From NCBI GenBank assembly GCA_965112155.1, contig OZ218104.1: a stretch of 64,000 nucleotides of DNA; one strand, written 5' to 3'. The position numbers and the translations under genes are program-made. This stretch comes from Podarcis liolepis (Eukaryota). This document shows positions 49,901-61,021 of this stretch, in pieces. Numbering within the stretch: position 1 is the stretch's first letter; the number at the start of each line of letters is the position of its first letter. Below the pieces are notes generated by a model that had not been told where the DNA came from, did no database searches, and was given only the letters and a program-made list of their open reading frames with translations.

Positions 49901-51377
49901 TGAAATGTAAAATGAAAACTGAAAATTGCAACTCCCTTGTTAGAATCGGCTGTTAAAATATACCTTGTTATTTTGGACTAATACTTGTATACTCTGCTGA
50001 GCTTTTGTCTGCAAAATAGCAGTTTTATTTATTGTACTATATATGTTTATTGTTTGTAGGGTGAGTGGGAGGTTGCCTCTGGTCTCTAGTTAAGAAAGTT
50101 TCACTGTTTATTTCTTTTTATTCCTGTTAACAGCATCTCTCCCCACTACATTTAGGGAACATTCACCAATTCATCTTCAAAAATGTTTTGCCTCCAGGTT
50201 GTGCTGTTGTAAAATGGTGATCTCTTAAACAGTGAGGTCTGGAGATGGTGAGGAGCAAAGGAGCATGGGGGAGGTTTAGATATGGTTATGAAGTGTCCAT
50301 TTGTCCAGGGTGCATGGTATCAAAATGAGTTATGAACCATTTTATATACTTGGCTATAACATAGATTTAATCACACAAATTATCTCCAGCACACAACAAC
50401 TTTTAAAATATGAATTGAAGCTAAAGATCGGAAAGATTAAATTGATTGGTTACAATGACATCATTGTATAAGATAAAAACATTTAGTGTAAGGGGGTTGG
50501 GTTGACTGATTAAAAGAAGACACATTTTGAGTCTTATTTTTAAAAAAACCAAAACCAAGCCAGATATACTGTTCTTATATGAAATCTATTGTGAAAACAT
50601 CATGTTAACAAGAAGATACTCTTTGCCCTCTGGAAGGTTGCCGAGATGGGTGTGTCCTCCTCCTTCCTAAACAGTTCCCCCACCCACATTCTAAACAGTT
50701 AAGAGCCATTTGACAATAGATGCAACCTATTCCCAAAGGAGGTGAATGAGATCAAGATTATTGGAGATCTTCAAACAAATCCCCATTGGTTGCATCAAGC
50801 AGGATGTTGGATCATATTGCCTTCTATTCTTAGAAGATGCTTCCCCCTACTTTTTGCTTATGTACACATGGGTTGCTTAAAACAGTGGGATTATTCGGGG
50901 TGGGGTGGGGTTGGGGGGCTTGCTGTGTTTCAAGTTGCATTTGAACACTGCTGTCCAGTGAGGGGGCTGGGATGTCTTCAATTACCTATTGGGGGGTGTT
51001 GCAGGGGAGGGAAAACCAAATATACATACCTGCAATGGAGGTCCCAAATGTACACACCTTAACCTCAAAGTAGATGTAGGTTACAGTTTCAAATTGGATT
51101 TTTGTTGGGGGGAAGCAGACCTTTTATTGGGGGGGGGCGGGGCGGGACCTGAGTTGGCTATGTATTTTTATTGATTTTTATTGATTGGAGGGCAGATGCC
51201 ACCCCCGGCACCCCCCCTTGGTTACGCCCATGGAAGCTGGTTTGAGGAATACACACTGAACAGAAATATATCTCACAAACTTACAGGAGGAAAGAGCAAT
51301 TGTCTACAACTTCAAACACCAACAGTGGGAGCAGGTTAGAGCCCAAGTAAACAGCAACAGCCTTAGATAATATATTG

Positions 51378-51634
51378 CAGGGGTCAGCAAACGTTTTCAG
51401 CAGGGGGCCGGTCCACTGTTCCTCAGACCTTGTGAGGGGGTGGACTATATTTTTTTGGGGGGGGGGCGAAATGAACAAATTCCTATGCCCCACAAATAAT
51501 CCAGAGATGCATTTTAAATAAAAGGACACATTCTACTCTTGTAAAAACACGCTGATTCCTGGACCGTTCACGGGCCAGATTTAGAAGACGATTGGGCTGG
51601 ATCCAGCCCCCGGGCCTTAGTTTGCCTACCCATG
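51378..51634. mobile_element. hAT MITE, same family as 22543-22791, inverted
   Basis: 8-bp TSD ATATATTG at 51370-51377 and 51635-51642. Confidence 0.85.
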
Positions 51635-51859
51635 ATATATTGGCATGAGCAGCTGTTTCACCCATGCTGGGCCTATACAGGAAACTATCTTACAGTGTTT
51701 CTCCTTCTAGCTCAGTATTGTCTACACCAGTGTTTCCCAACCACTGTTCCGCGGCACACTAGTGTGCCGCGAGATGTTGCCTGGTGTGCCGCGGGAAAAA
51801 TTTAAAAATTCGAAAGATTTTTTTTTTTTTAAGTCAAATTTTCGATTGGGGCGCCGTCA

Positions 51860-52880
51860 CTAGATGACCCCTGGGGTTCCCTCCCTCCCTCCCGCTCTGC
51901 GCCTCCCTCCTCCTCCTCCTCCTCTGGGGAGGCCCTTCCTGGCTCTTGGCCAAGGCTTGGCGGCTGCCACTCACTCACTCGCTCGCCCACCCGTCCCTCC
52001 ATCCCTGCACCCGGCCTCTCCCCCTCCGTCCCCGGCGCGGGGGCTGCCGGGATCCGTAGTCCCCTCACCCTTGGGCTCCGCGCCCGCGCGGGGTGTGCGA
52101 ACTATGTTTCCCAGCGTGGCCTGGCGGGCCGGGCATTTTGTTTGAAGCGCTCTTCTCCCGGCCATGGAATGAGCGCGGCGGCGGCGGCCGGGCGGGCAGG
52201 GGCTCTTCCGCGCAGACCCCGCGCAGCCTGCCTGCGCCCCCGCGGAGATCGGGCGGCAGGATGGAGCCCGGGGATCCCCGCGGAGGCGGAGCGGCGGAGG
52301 CGGAGGCTGCCCCCCAGGTAGGGCTGCGTCGGGGTGTGTGTTTATTTTTGCAATGCTGCATCCGCGCCGGAGAGGATGCATCGGACCGCGGGGAGACCCC
52401 TTGGCGGGCGTGCAAGGCAATGCATGCATGCAGGCGTTGCATGGAGTGCAGTGCAATGCAATGGCAACGCGGCGCCCTGCATGCATGCATGCAACTTCCA
52501 CCGGCGCTCCGGACTTGGCAGGTGAGGGGGGTCCCCAGTGGGCGGCAGAGAGAGCCGGGAGGGCGAAGGGGAGCCGGGGGGGGGAGCAGCGCTGCTCCCC
52601 GAGCCGAGCCCGGGGGGAAACTTCGGCGTCATTGCGCCGGGTGTTGGAAGCGGAGGCTGGCGGGGGCCCCTCACCTGCAAAACCTGGTCGCCTCTCATAT
52701 ATTTTGTGCATTGCATTCATCGCCCGCTTTCTCCTCCAAGGAGCTCCCGGGGGCGCGCGTGGTTCTCCCCGTGTTATCCTCGCAACAACAGCCCTGCAAG
52801 GTGGGTCAGGCGAGTGGCCCAAGGGAGCACCCAGGGATTGTCCTGGCCAGGTGGGGTGATTTGAACCCTGCTCTCTGCCC
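51860..52880. promoter_or_regulatory. CpG-island-like segment inside the hAT element, with a candidate captured first exon (ATG 52261, donor after 52317)
   Basis: Very high GC and CpG density compared with the rest of the window; GCAGG-ATG-G Kozak-like context, MEPGDPRGGGAAEAEAAPQ, then CAG|GTAGGG. Confidence 0.6.
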
Positions 52881-53051
52881 GGTCTTCGTCCTCATTTAGC
52901 CCCCACATGTGCATGACTGTGCATGACTGAGGTTTTCCCCCCTCGTCTTGGCTATGGTGTGAGTCTGTGCTGTTAATTAATGGGGTTCTGCCTTCGGAGA
53001 AGATGAGCCAGCCCTCAAGGAGGTGATCCCTCCCGGCGTGACGCTGCGCGC

Positions 53052-53059
53052 TGACGTCA
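53052..53059. promoter_or_regulatory. Full CRE palindrome TGACGTCA about 390 bp upstream of paralog D ATG, inside the hAT right arm
   Basis: Exact TGACGTCA plus a TGACG half-site at 53039-53043. Confidence 0.4.
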
Positions 53060-53450
53060 CGGGGCTGTAATGGTGGTGTGCCTCGAGATTTTTTTCATGA
53101 AACAAGTGTGCCTTTGCCCAAAAAAGGTTGGGAAACACTGGTCTACACTGACTAGCAGCAGCGGTTCTCCAGGATTTCAAAGAGGTTCTCTCCCAGCCAT
53201 ACACGAGGATGCCGGGGACTGAACGTGGGTCCTTCTGTGTGCAAAGCAGATGCTCTGCCACAGAGGCAGACCTTCCGCAAAGTGCACTTTTACACTGTTA
53301 TCAAAAATCATGGTCATCAGGCTGCGAGGAAAGGCTCCAGTTCCCGCAAGCGGCCGCAGGGGGGCGATGTGTGGCGGGTGCGAAGGGTGTTGCCCCACAG
53401 GCAAGTTTTCTGTCGGAGGCAGACCCGGGGCGGCGGTGCAGCAGGTGCTC

Positions 53451-54300
53451 ATGGAGGGCTTGGGAGCGCGCAGCGTCTTGGTGACCGGAGCCAACCGCGG
53501 CATCGGCCTGGAGCTGGTTCGCCAGCTCCTGGAGATGCCCAACGCGCCGCAGTGGCTCTTTGCCTGCAGCCGGTCTCCGGACGGGGAGCGCGGGCAGGTG
53601 AGAGGCTCAAGCCCCAACATGGGCTGCTTGGGGGACGGAGGAGGGTTCTCGGAAGCAAGTCCCGCTCTGGTCCCTGGGGCTTCGTCCCCGGTAAGCCGGC
53701 GCAGCATTGCAGCCTTGGTCGGTGGGAAGCCCCATGGAATTGAGCAGGGTTTATTTCCCAGCAAACGGGTGGAGATTGGGGCTGGTCGGGTGACTGGGAA
53801 TTGAGGGAAGGAGGAAGAGCAGCACTTTCTGGGAATCAAAGCGGAGGAGTCAGGAAGTTATTTTGCACCAGTTATTGCTGTCGCGTGTTAGGTAGGAACT
53901 TTCACCCCCAAAGGCGAAGGAAATCACTACTCATTGTGTTTCTTTAAACTCCTAGGTTAGCTAAGAGCTCACTCAGGAAGAGGGGTATAAAGTAAATCAT
54001 CAGTTTTGAGTGCTCTGGAGTACAGACCTTGAGCTTGAGCAGAAAACTGGAGATGAACCTTGAACCTTGAATATTCAGTCTCATCAGCACTGGCATGAGA
54101 CTTTGATTGAATGCATTTATAGCAAGGAAAGTGGCCAAGAACCAGCCAGGGTGGAGAGCACTTTTAGGCTGAAATCCGTTATACACTTCACCAATGAGTA
54201 AGTCTCATTTAAATTAATGAGGCTTTGTTTGGAGTAAGATGTGCATACAACTACACTGTTAGTAGACCGTGGTTTTATAATCTTCATAGTTCATTAGAAC

Positions 54301-54352
<52 letters not shown>

Positions 54353-57300
54353 CACAGAGGGAGAGAGAGTTATTGGTCAGTAATTGTATTATACTGAGAA
54401 AAACAGGACTGAGTTAGATAATGATCAGTCTCACTTCTGGTCTCACACGTATAACGTCATTAAAGGCCAATCTGTAATGAAACAAGGTGTGAAATCATTA
54501 AGGGTTGGCTATCCACAAATCATTATTATGTCAACGTTAAACTAAAATTGTCTTGACCTCCCAGCTGCCAATGCAAAATAAATTACCATATTCATGATCA
54601 GTATTTTATTTGAATGCAAAAGATTGCTATGCCCGTCAGTCTTCCAATCCTGTCAGAGCACTTGGACCCACTTCAAGAAGAATCAGTAGGGACAGAACAA
54701 GTCTAAACATGTTTTAATTCCCACTTATTCCAATGAGTGCTTAAATGTGGCTGGATCATGCTCAGTATTTCTTTTTTAAAATAATAATATCCCGAAGTAA
54801 TAGTGTATATTCCGACAGCAGCCTACCTGATTACTTCTTAATATTTGTTGTTCTGCTCTTTATGTCTTTCCAGGAACTGAGGAAATTGGCTTCCAGTCAT
54901 CCAAACCTTGTGATGGTGAAGTTGGGTATGCCTTCTCTCCCACTTACCTTTTAACCTTCATACAGCCAGCATATGTTCGTGGGACTCTCTCACTCTCACT
55001 CCTCTCCCTTCTTTTGCAGCAAACCCTTCTGCATCATTCCATCTTCTCCCCAAAGGATGGAGGAAATAGCCTCTTGGTTTGGATCCTGGTGGCTAGAGAT
55101 CTGTGCCCTATTTCTTCAGCCATTTGCATCTTAGCTAGAATATGGCATTGGCTGCTATAGAGGGAGGAAGTTTAATGCAGATCCTCCCTCTGCAACTTGT
55201 AGTTCTTCATAATGCTGTTACCTAGTGTCAGGGGTACAGTGGCTACTTCAGAAGTGCAGGATCCCATCACGATAGTCACAATCGTGCCCCCTCACTGCCA
55301 TAAACCCCTTTTATGAGTACTCCAGACTTCATATATTAGAACACGAGGTTTTAACCTGCTGCAGAACACCAGGCATCATTCTTGATTTTTTAAAAGATAA
55401 ACCCAGTGATATAGGCTAATCAGAGAAGAGATAATCACTCCTTCTCACGAAATCCTTTACAAAGCTGAAGACCAGTGTAAGTAAATAGTGCCTTATGATT
55501 CTATGTAGCATTAAATAAGCGTACTGTTATGCATATGATTCAATAAACAATACCACTTACCCAATTCCAGCCTCCTTTGAAAATGTAGAATATTGCCCAT
55601 ACAGGAAGACAGACGAGTTTACGTACTATATACAGGAGTTTGCATTTTCAAGGGATCTTGAAAAAACATTTCTTCTTGCCAGTCTGTTACTAACAGCGCA
55701 CGGTTCTCTGACTAACAATGTATTGATCTTCCCTCAAATAAGGATGATGATCCTGATCACAAGCAGATTGCTGTTGCATCACTTTTTCTGACAATAAACA
55801 TCAAGAAGCCCGTGGCTTGTGCTTCATTGTCCAACAAAGGATAAAGAGTTGTCACAACTAAGTTTTACCCTTTTAAAACAGCATATTTGTAGTTCCGAAT
55901 ATAACTGGGTTCGTTAACACTGTGTGCTTTATGTTAATGGGTTTTATTTATACTAATAATGGTTTTGAGTTGCACAGATGTGAATTAGAGATAGAGGTGT
56001 AATGTTTAGTTGGTTATTCTAAAGCAGGGGTCTCCAATGCGTTGCCCTCTGAATACTGTGCTACTCTTAATTCCCATCAGCCCCCAAAGCACAGCCAGTT
56101 GTCAGGGATGATGGGAGTTGGCTCTCCAGGTGTTGTTGTAATACCACATGGGCCACTCTTGTTCTAAAATGTGTTTGTTAAGGTGTTTTTAAAATATTTA
56201 AAGTCCATTTCCAGTTTTTTAAAATGTATAATTCTGTGTAGTTTAGATTACCTCCTGAAGTTGGGCATTAACAACTACAATGAACTTATTGGGAGCACTT
56301 TGAGAACCATTCTTTCTTTTGTATTGCTGTAGCTGAAGTTCATACTTTGTCCCTGCATTTTGTAGGTGGTGTTAGGACAGTCACAGTTGCTCCCAGTGCT
56401 CCCCAACTCTTCCTGCTTCTAACCATCTCTTTTGTTTCTGCTTTTGCAGATGCTACAAATCTTGCGAGCATTACGGAAGCTGCAGCATTTGTTGGGGACC
56501 ACCTGAAAGACACAGGGCTGAATGTGCTAATAAACAATGCTGGCATTTTGAAAGGCTTGACGCTAGACACTGTGAGCGAGGAAGACATGGAAGATGTATA
56601 CAAGACCAATGTGACTGGGCCATTGCTAGTGAGCAAGGTACAGGGGCTTGGGGGTGCAAATGCCACGCTTGGAGCAGTCAAATGATTCACTTCATCTGAT
56701 GCATGATGTGCCCTTTCCAGATAAATATATCCAAGGGTGTGGGGAGTGTAAACAGTTGGGTCAAAAGATCACTAAAAGTAAGAAATGCATGCTACATCAG
56801 TTAAAAGGTAAAGGGACCCCTGACCATTAGGTCCAGTAACGGACGACTCTGGGGTTGCGGCGCTCATCTCGCTTTATTGGCCGAGGGAGCCGGCGTACAG
56901 CTTCCGGGTCATGACTAAGCCGCTTCTGGTGAACCAGAGCCGTGCATGGAAATGCTGTTTACCTTCCCGCTGAAACGGTACCTATTTATCTACTTGCACT
57001 TTGACGTGCTTTCGAACTGCTAGGTTGGCAGGAGCAGGGACCGAGCAACGGGAGCTCACCCCATCGCGGGGATTTGAAACGCCGACCTTCTGAACTGCAA
57101 GCCCTAGGCTCTGTGGTTTAATCCACAGTGCCACCCGCGTCTCTACATCAGTTAGGTATAGCCTAAATCAGGGATGGCCAACAGGTAGATCACAATCTAC
57201 TGGTACATCGCGTGCTGCCTGTGGTAGATTGTGGTAGATCTTGGGACCCCTCCCCCCCCCCAAAAAAGCTCAACAACTTTGGTCAATCCAGTGGGTAGAT

Positions 57301-60115
57301 CACTACCAGTTTTTTTATAGTGAGAGTCTCTTGGAAGTTGGACAAGCCTAAAATATATGTAAAATAAGCATGATGACCATTCACAATAGCACTTATTTGT
57401 CCCTATGCAAACATCACAACTGTGCTAACAGGGATGCTGTCAGGGTCAGGCTTTGGGGCTCCAGACAGCAGAAGGAACAGCAGAGACCCAAAAGTCAGTG
57501 GGGCTGGCTTACCATATTTTGAAGCAAGTGTAGTAATGCACGTTGCCATTGAAAGAGCTCCCCTTACATTAAGTCTCATTAAGTCTGGGGTCTAAAACTA
57601 CCAAACTGCAGCATTCAAGTTGGCAGTAGAGTGTCCGGGTAATCAAAGTACTCTTCACTGGTTTCTAAATGTAAAGAGATGTACGATTCCTGAAAATTCT
57701 GGTAGGAGGGGCCACCACTGACATACTGAATCCACTGCCTAATGAAGGAGTCTCCACAAATGTCAAATGTGCTGGAGCCACAGTGGCACGAGAACTGCTG
57801 CTGGCTGAACCACACAAAAATTAGCATCAAGCTCCTTGGCCTGCAGGTGCTCTGTCTCCCTTTTCCAGATTCCACAGATGTAACACGTCGTGCAAACTGC
57901 GAAGTTTGTGTCACCTGAGTTTTATGCAGGATTTGAATGAGTGAAGATGAAGTGTTGCTGGGAATAAAATGGCAGAATAGTGCACCGTCTAGACAACAGT
58001 GTTCCATCTTTTCTGGGCACAAGAAGGAAGTAGAACAAAATGGGGGAGGAATCATTAACAATGGCTTGAACTCTTTGGGGGGAGGTGGGGTAAAAATGGC
58101 ATTACTTATAATACAAGTGTAGATTGTTACACGAGAATAAATACATAAGGCAAATGAAGTGGGTACTGAGTTTTCCTGGATTATTTTCTCTCTTCCCTCT
58201 CTTTCCTCATTCCAGGCTTTTCTGCCTCTGTTAAGGAAGGCAGCCCAAGGAAGTTTGCAGAAAGGGCTGAGCTGCAGCAAGGCAGCTATTGTCAACATCT
58301 CCTCTCTATTAGGCTGTATTGAGTTAGTTCCCGCAACCTATTCCAAGCCTGTAATTGCCTACCGCTGCAGCAAGGTAGGTGACATTTCTTGCACCCAAGC
58401 AATAGGTTGGCTGCCCTGCTACTGGACACACTCCCTATCCAAATAAGTGACTGTATCTAAGGGAGCTCACTGTCCTAGTTTTCTTTTGCAAATATAGGAC
58501 ACTGGGCCACATCACATTCTGTATATGTGAATTTTAAGAAGCCCAGGTTTGCAAATACTAGTCAGAATTATCAGGGAAGTATAATTTGCAGCAGCTTCCG
58601 AGATGGGGGCTTTAACCTTTCCATGGTGATGTTCGCTACCCACTTTCTCTCTCTTTCCCTTTCAGGCTGCTCTCAACATGCTGACAAAGTGCCAGTCTCT
58701 GACTTACAAAGAGGATGGGATTTTGTGTACTGCAGTTCACCCAGGGTGGGTGAAGACAGACATGGGCACCCAGGAGGTGGGTACCAGTTTTTTGGGAGGA
58801 GCTCCTTTAAAAGATAGTTAAATAACAAAAACAAAACTGCTGAAGATTGTTAGACACCCCCACTCCCAGGAAGTATTCACAAAGTGTGTTACTTTCACAT
58901 AAGAGAGGCAGTTGTCTAGATCACTGGGGGAAGAAAACCCCTTTTAAGGGTGCATTCCCTTGATGCAAACCGGTTAAGGGCTGGAACCAGCAGAGGCAAA
59001 ACTCAACTTTTTTTTTTTTAGTCAATGTCTCTCTCACACACATGCACACTCATACTGTAGCAGATGGCTCAAAGGCCATACCATGGAGTATGGCAGCTAG
59101 AGGGTCTTTTCCAAGGAGACTGCTCTAGCTGAGCTGATACATTCCATGGTTGAACCTCTGAGCTCATGAATGCACCTGCCAGGCAGTCTCTCTTTTCATC
59201 GTCTCACAGAGGAAAAAGAGAGATAGTGCAGGTAGGTTGTTTTCCAGAGCAGAAAGACCAGCAGGCAGTAAAATGTGAGCTTGTTTGTCATGGCAGAGGA
59301 AGCAGGTGAAGTCAAGGGCTTACATGCGGTAGGATCTAAGGTAAGAGACAGTGTGGCTGATGGAATGGTGATGCAGACTAGGTCTGGCTCACAGATTGGT
59401 GGTTCCCCATGCCTGTTGTAGGCTAGGTTGGCCAGATTTGGCAGTTTTCATGGGCTGCTCTGTTCTCCACTGTGGTCTAGGAGCCACAAGTGTATTTTTC
59501 CACCCATGCAGACCTTGTGAGTGAGGTTCTATGATAAAAGCTGCGCCATTTATCATGATACATACATTATCAAATATATCCAAGGTATGTACAAAACTCA
59601 GAGACACCCAACATTAAACCCTGATTCAGGGTTGAAGGGGGTAGAGTTAGGGTCAAGTTCTTGACACAGAAAAAGTGCACCAAAGGACTCAAAGTGGTCA
59701 ATATTGTCAAAGGCTGGCAGGAGGTCGGCACTTTGTGGGGAGTGAGCAGGCCCTCAGCCAGGCAGGGCCTTTTCCAGTGAGACTAGCTGCTTATCCTCTT
59801 ATAGCCAGATTGGTCGTTGGGGTCAGACAACTGAGAGCAAAATCTGGTGCTATATAAATGTTTGAATGAATGAATGAATGAATGAATGAATGAATGAATG
59901 AATGAATGATTCCTTCCCACCCAACATGTAGGAGGATAAATCCAGCTGTCCACAAAGAAGAGCCATTGGCTGTGCTTCTCACTGCTGTTTGTCTCTTGCA
60001 GGCTGTCATGACTGTCGATGAGAGCGTGCGAGGGATTCTCCAGGTGCTTCCTAACCTCGCTGATGAGCACAATGGCACTTTAGTTGACTGGAAGGGCAAG
60101 AAACTACCTTGGTGA
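53451..60115 (+). CDS. C-factor/CsgA-like (sniffer-like) classical SDR oxidoreductase, paralog D (divergent, CpG-rich exon 1), 6 coding exons, 256 aa, intact
   Basis: Exons (plus): 53451-53597 (MEGLGARSVLVTGANRGIGLELVRQLLEMPNAPQWLFACSRSPDGERGQ), 54874-54925 (ELRKLASSHPNLVMVKL), 56450-56637 (NVLINNAGIL...TNVTGPLLVSK), 58216-58374 (NISSLLGCIELVPATYSKPVIAYRCSK), 58666-58776 (VHPGWVKTDMGTQE), 60002-60115 (AVMTVDESV...GTLVDWKGKKLPW*). GT-AG introns; AATAAA at 60246-60251. Confidence 0.94.
54303..54351. repeat. (AT)n microsatellite
   Basis: Direct reading. Confidence 0.95.
56804..57142 (-). mobile_element. Sauria SINE
   Basis: Closely similar to 14673-15050; 12-bp TSD ctacatcagtta at 56792-56803 and 57143-57154. 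Confidence 0.9.
59863..59908. repeat. (GAAT)n microsatellite
   Basis: Direct reading. Confidence 0.95.
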
Positions 60116-60245
60116 ATGTACTGAGTCTCTAGTAGAAACTGCTCTGCCCTCATGAGTATGGTTCCCTCCATAGGTGAGTGGGAACTAGTGGAAACATAGT
60201 CGTGCTTATGTATCTGCTATGCTGAATTGTTGATATTTGTTCACA

Positions 60246-60251
60246 AATAAA
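60246..60251 (+). terminator. Polyadenylation signal for paralog D
   Basis: AATAAA about 130 nt after the D stop codon. Confidence 0.55.
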
Positions 60252-60658
60252 TACAACTATTGAAGTTCTCCTGGCTTCTCCTGCTTCTTTATCTTAGGGC
60301 AGACCTGTTGTTAAGTTTCCTCACACCCTTCCCAAACCCATGGGATACTACAGTGGAGCTATTTCTACAAATCAGTAACAGCCTGAGAGTTAGAGAAGGT
60401 GGCATTCTTTTTCCAAGACAGATGCTCACATCATTCGATAAATACTGGAAAGGCAGCATCGCTCAAGTGCCAGAATCACTTTGTAGACCTGATGCTGATA
60501 TTCATTGCTAACACAGGAGCAATCTTACCACAAGCTTAGTTCCTGGGCCTAATTTTCACTCTGCTTACTTCATCACTTTAGATTAAGTTGGCTTAATGTC
60601 TCTTCCGGGAAAACTGATAGAATGCATGAATAAAGGGAAAGCTACTAAGCATGTAGAA

Positions 60659-61021
60659 CAAGTGGGAGGAACCTTTCTCAACTCAGGGGCCACATTCCCT
60701 CAGGGGTAACCTGGCAGCCACATGCCAGTGGTGGGCAAGAGGCAAAAGTGGGCAGAGCAATGGGTGTGTCTCTTGCCCTTTGTACAATAGGCTACATACC
60801 AGCCATTCAGAAGCCACAGGTTGACATATACATACCTCTCCATCCTCCATCAAGGGAAGCAAAAAGCATTAACGAAATTCAAGGACACAGTTCAGGCAAA
60901 ACCAGCTGAGGGTGTGGAGGAGGACTACAGAAAGGTGGGGTGTGGAATGGAGCATGGTTGGGGAGAGTCGTGAAGGCCTAGAGGGCTACATTCGGCCCTG
61001 GGCCTGAGGTCCCCCACTCCG
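60659..61021. mobile_element. Diverged hAT-like non-autonomous element
   Basis: Degenerate TIRs; TSD-like at(g/a)tagaa on both sides. Confidence 0.5.

Larger units (their letters stand above)
51728..53140. mobile_element. Non-autonomous hAT DNA transposon (1413 bp) carrying GC-rich captured sequence
   Basis: 15-bp TIRs CAGTGTTTCCCAACC / GGTTGGGAAACACTG, subterminal GTGTGCC repeats, and an exact 8-bp TSD GTCTACAC (51720-51727 and 53141-53148). No transposase ORF. Confidence 0.9.
51676..53277 (-). mobile_element. tRNA-derived SINE split by the hAT insertion (pieces 51676-51727 and 53141-53277)
   Basis: The joined flanks read ctcagtattgtctacactgactagcagc...gatgccggggactgaac...gcaaagcagatgctctgccac, homologous to the uninterrupted copy at 23997-24198. 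Confidence 0.7.

Noticed and set aside
51829-52899. Several long overlapping ORFs (up to 283 aa) on both strands in the GC-rich block
   Set aside because: Expected from stop-codon scarcity in very GC-rich DNA; low-complexity Pro/Gly/Arg/Ala content with no recognisable domain and no transposase motifs.
53250-53450. In-frame upstream ATGs (53250, 53310, 53367) that would extend gene D, including a Cys-rich MCGGCEGCC segment
   Set aside because: The ATG at 53451 aligns exactly with the starts of A-C (147-nt exon 1). The most upstream part lies in a SINE, and nothing in the sequence supports the extension.
2268-60115. Recent horizontal transfer of bacterial csgA
   Set aside because: All copies have five spliceosomal introns in conserved positions, and the family is known from animals (e.g. 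Drosophila sniffer). Nothing here suggests recent bacterial origin.
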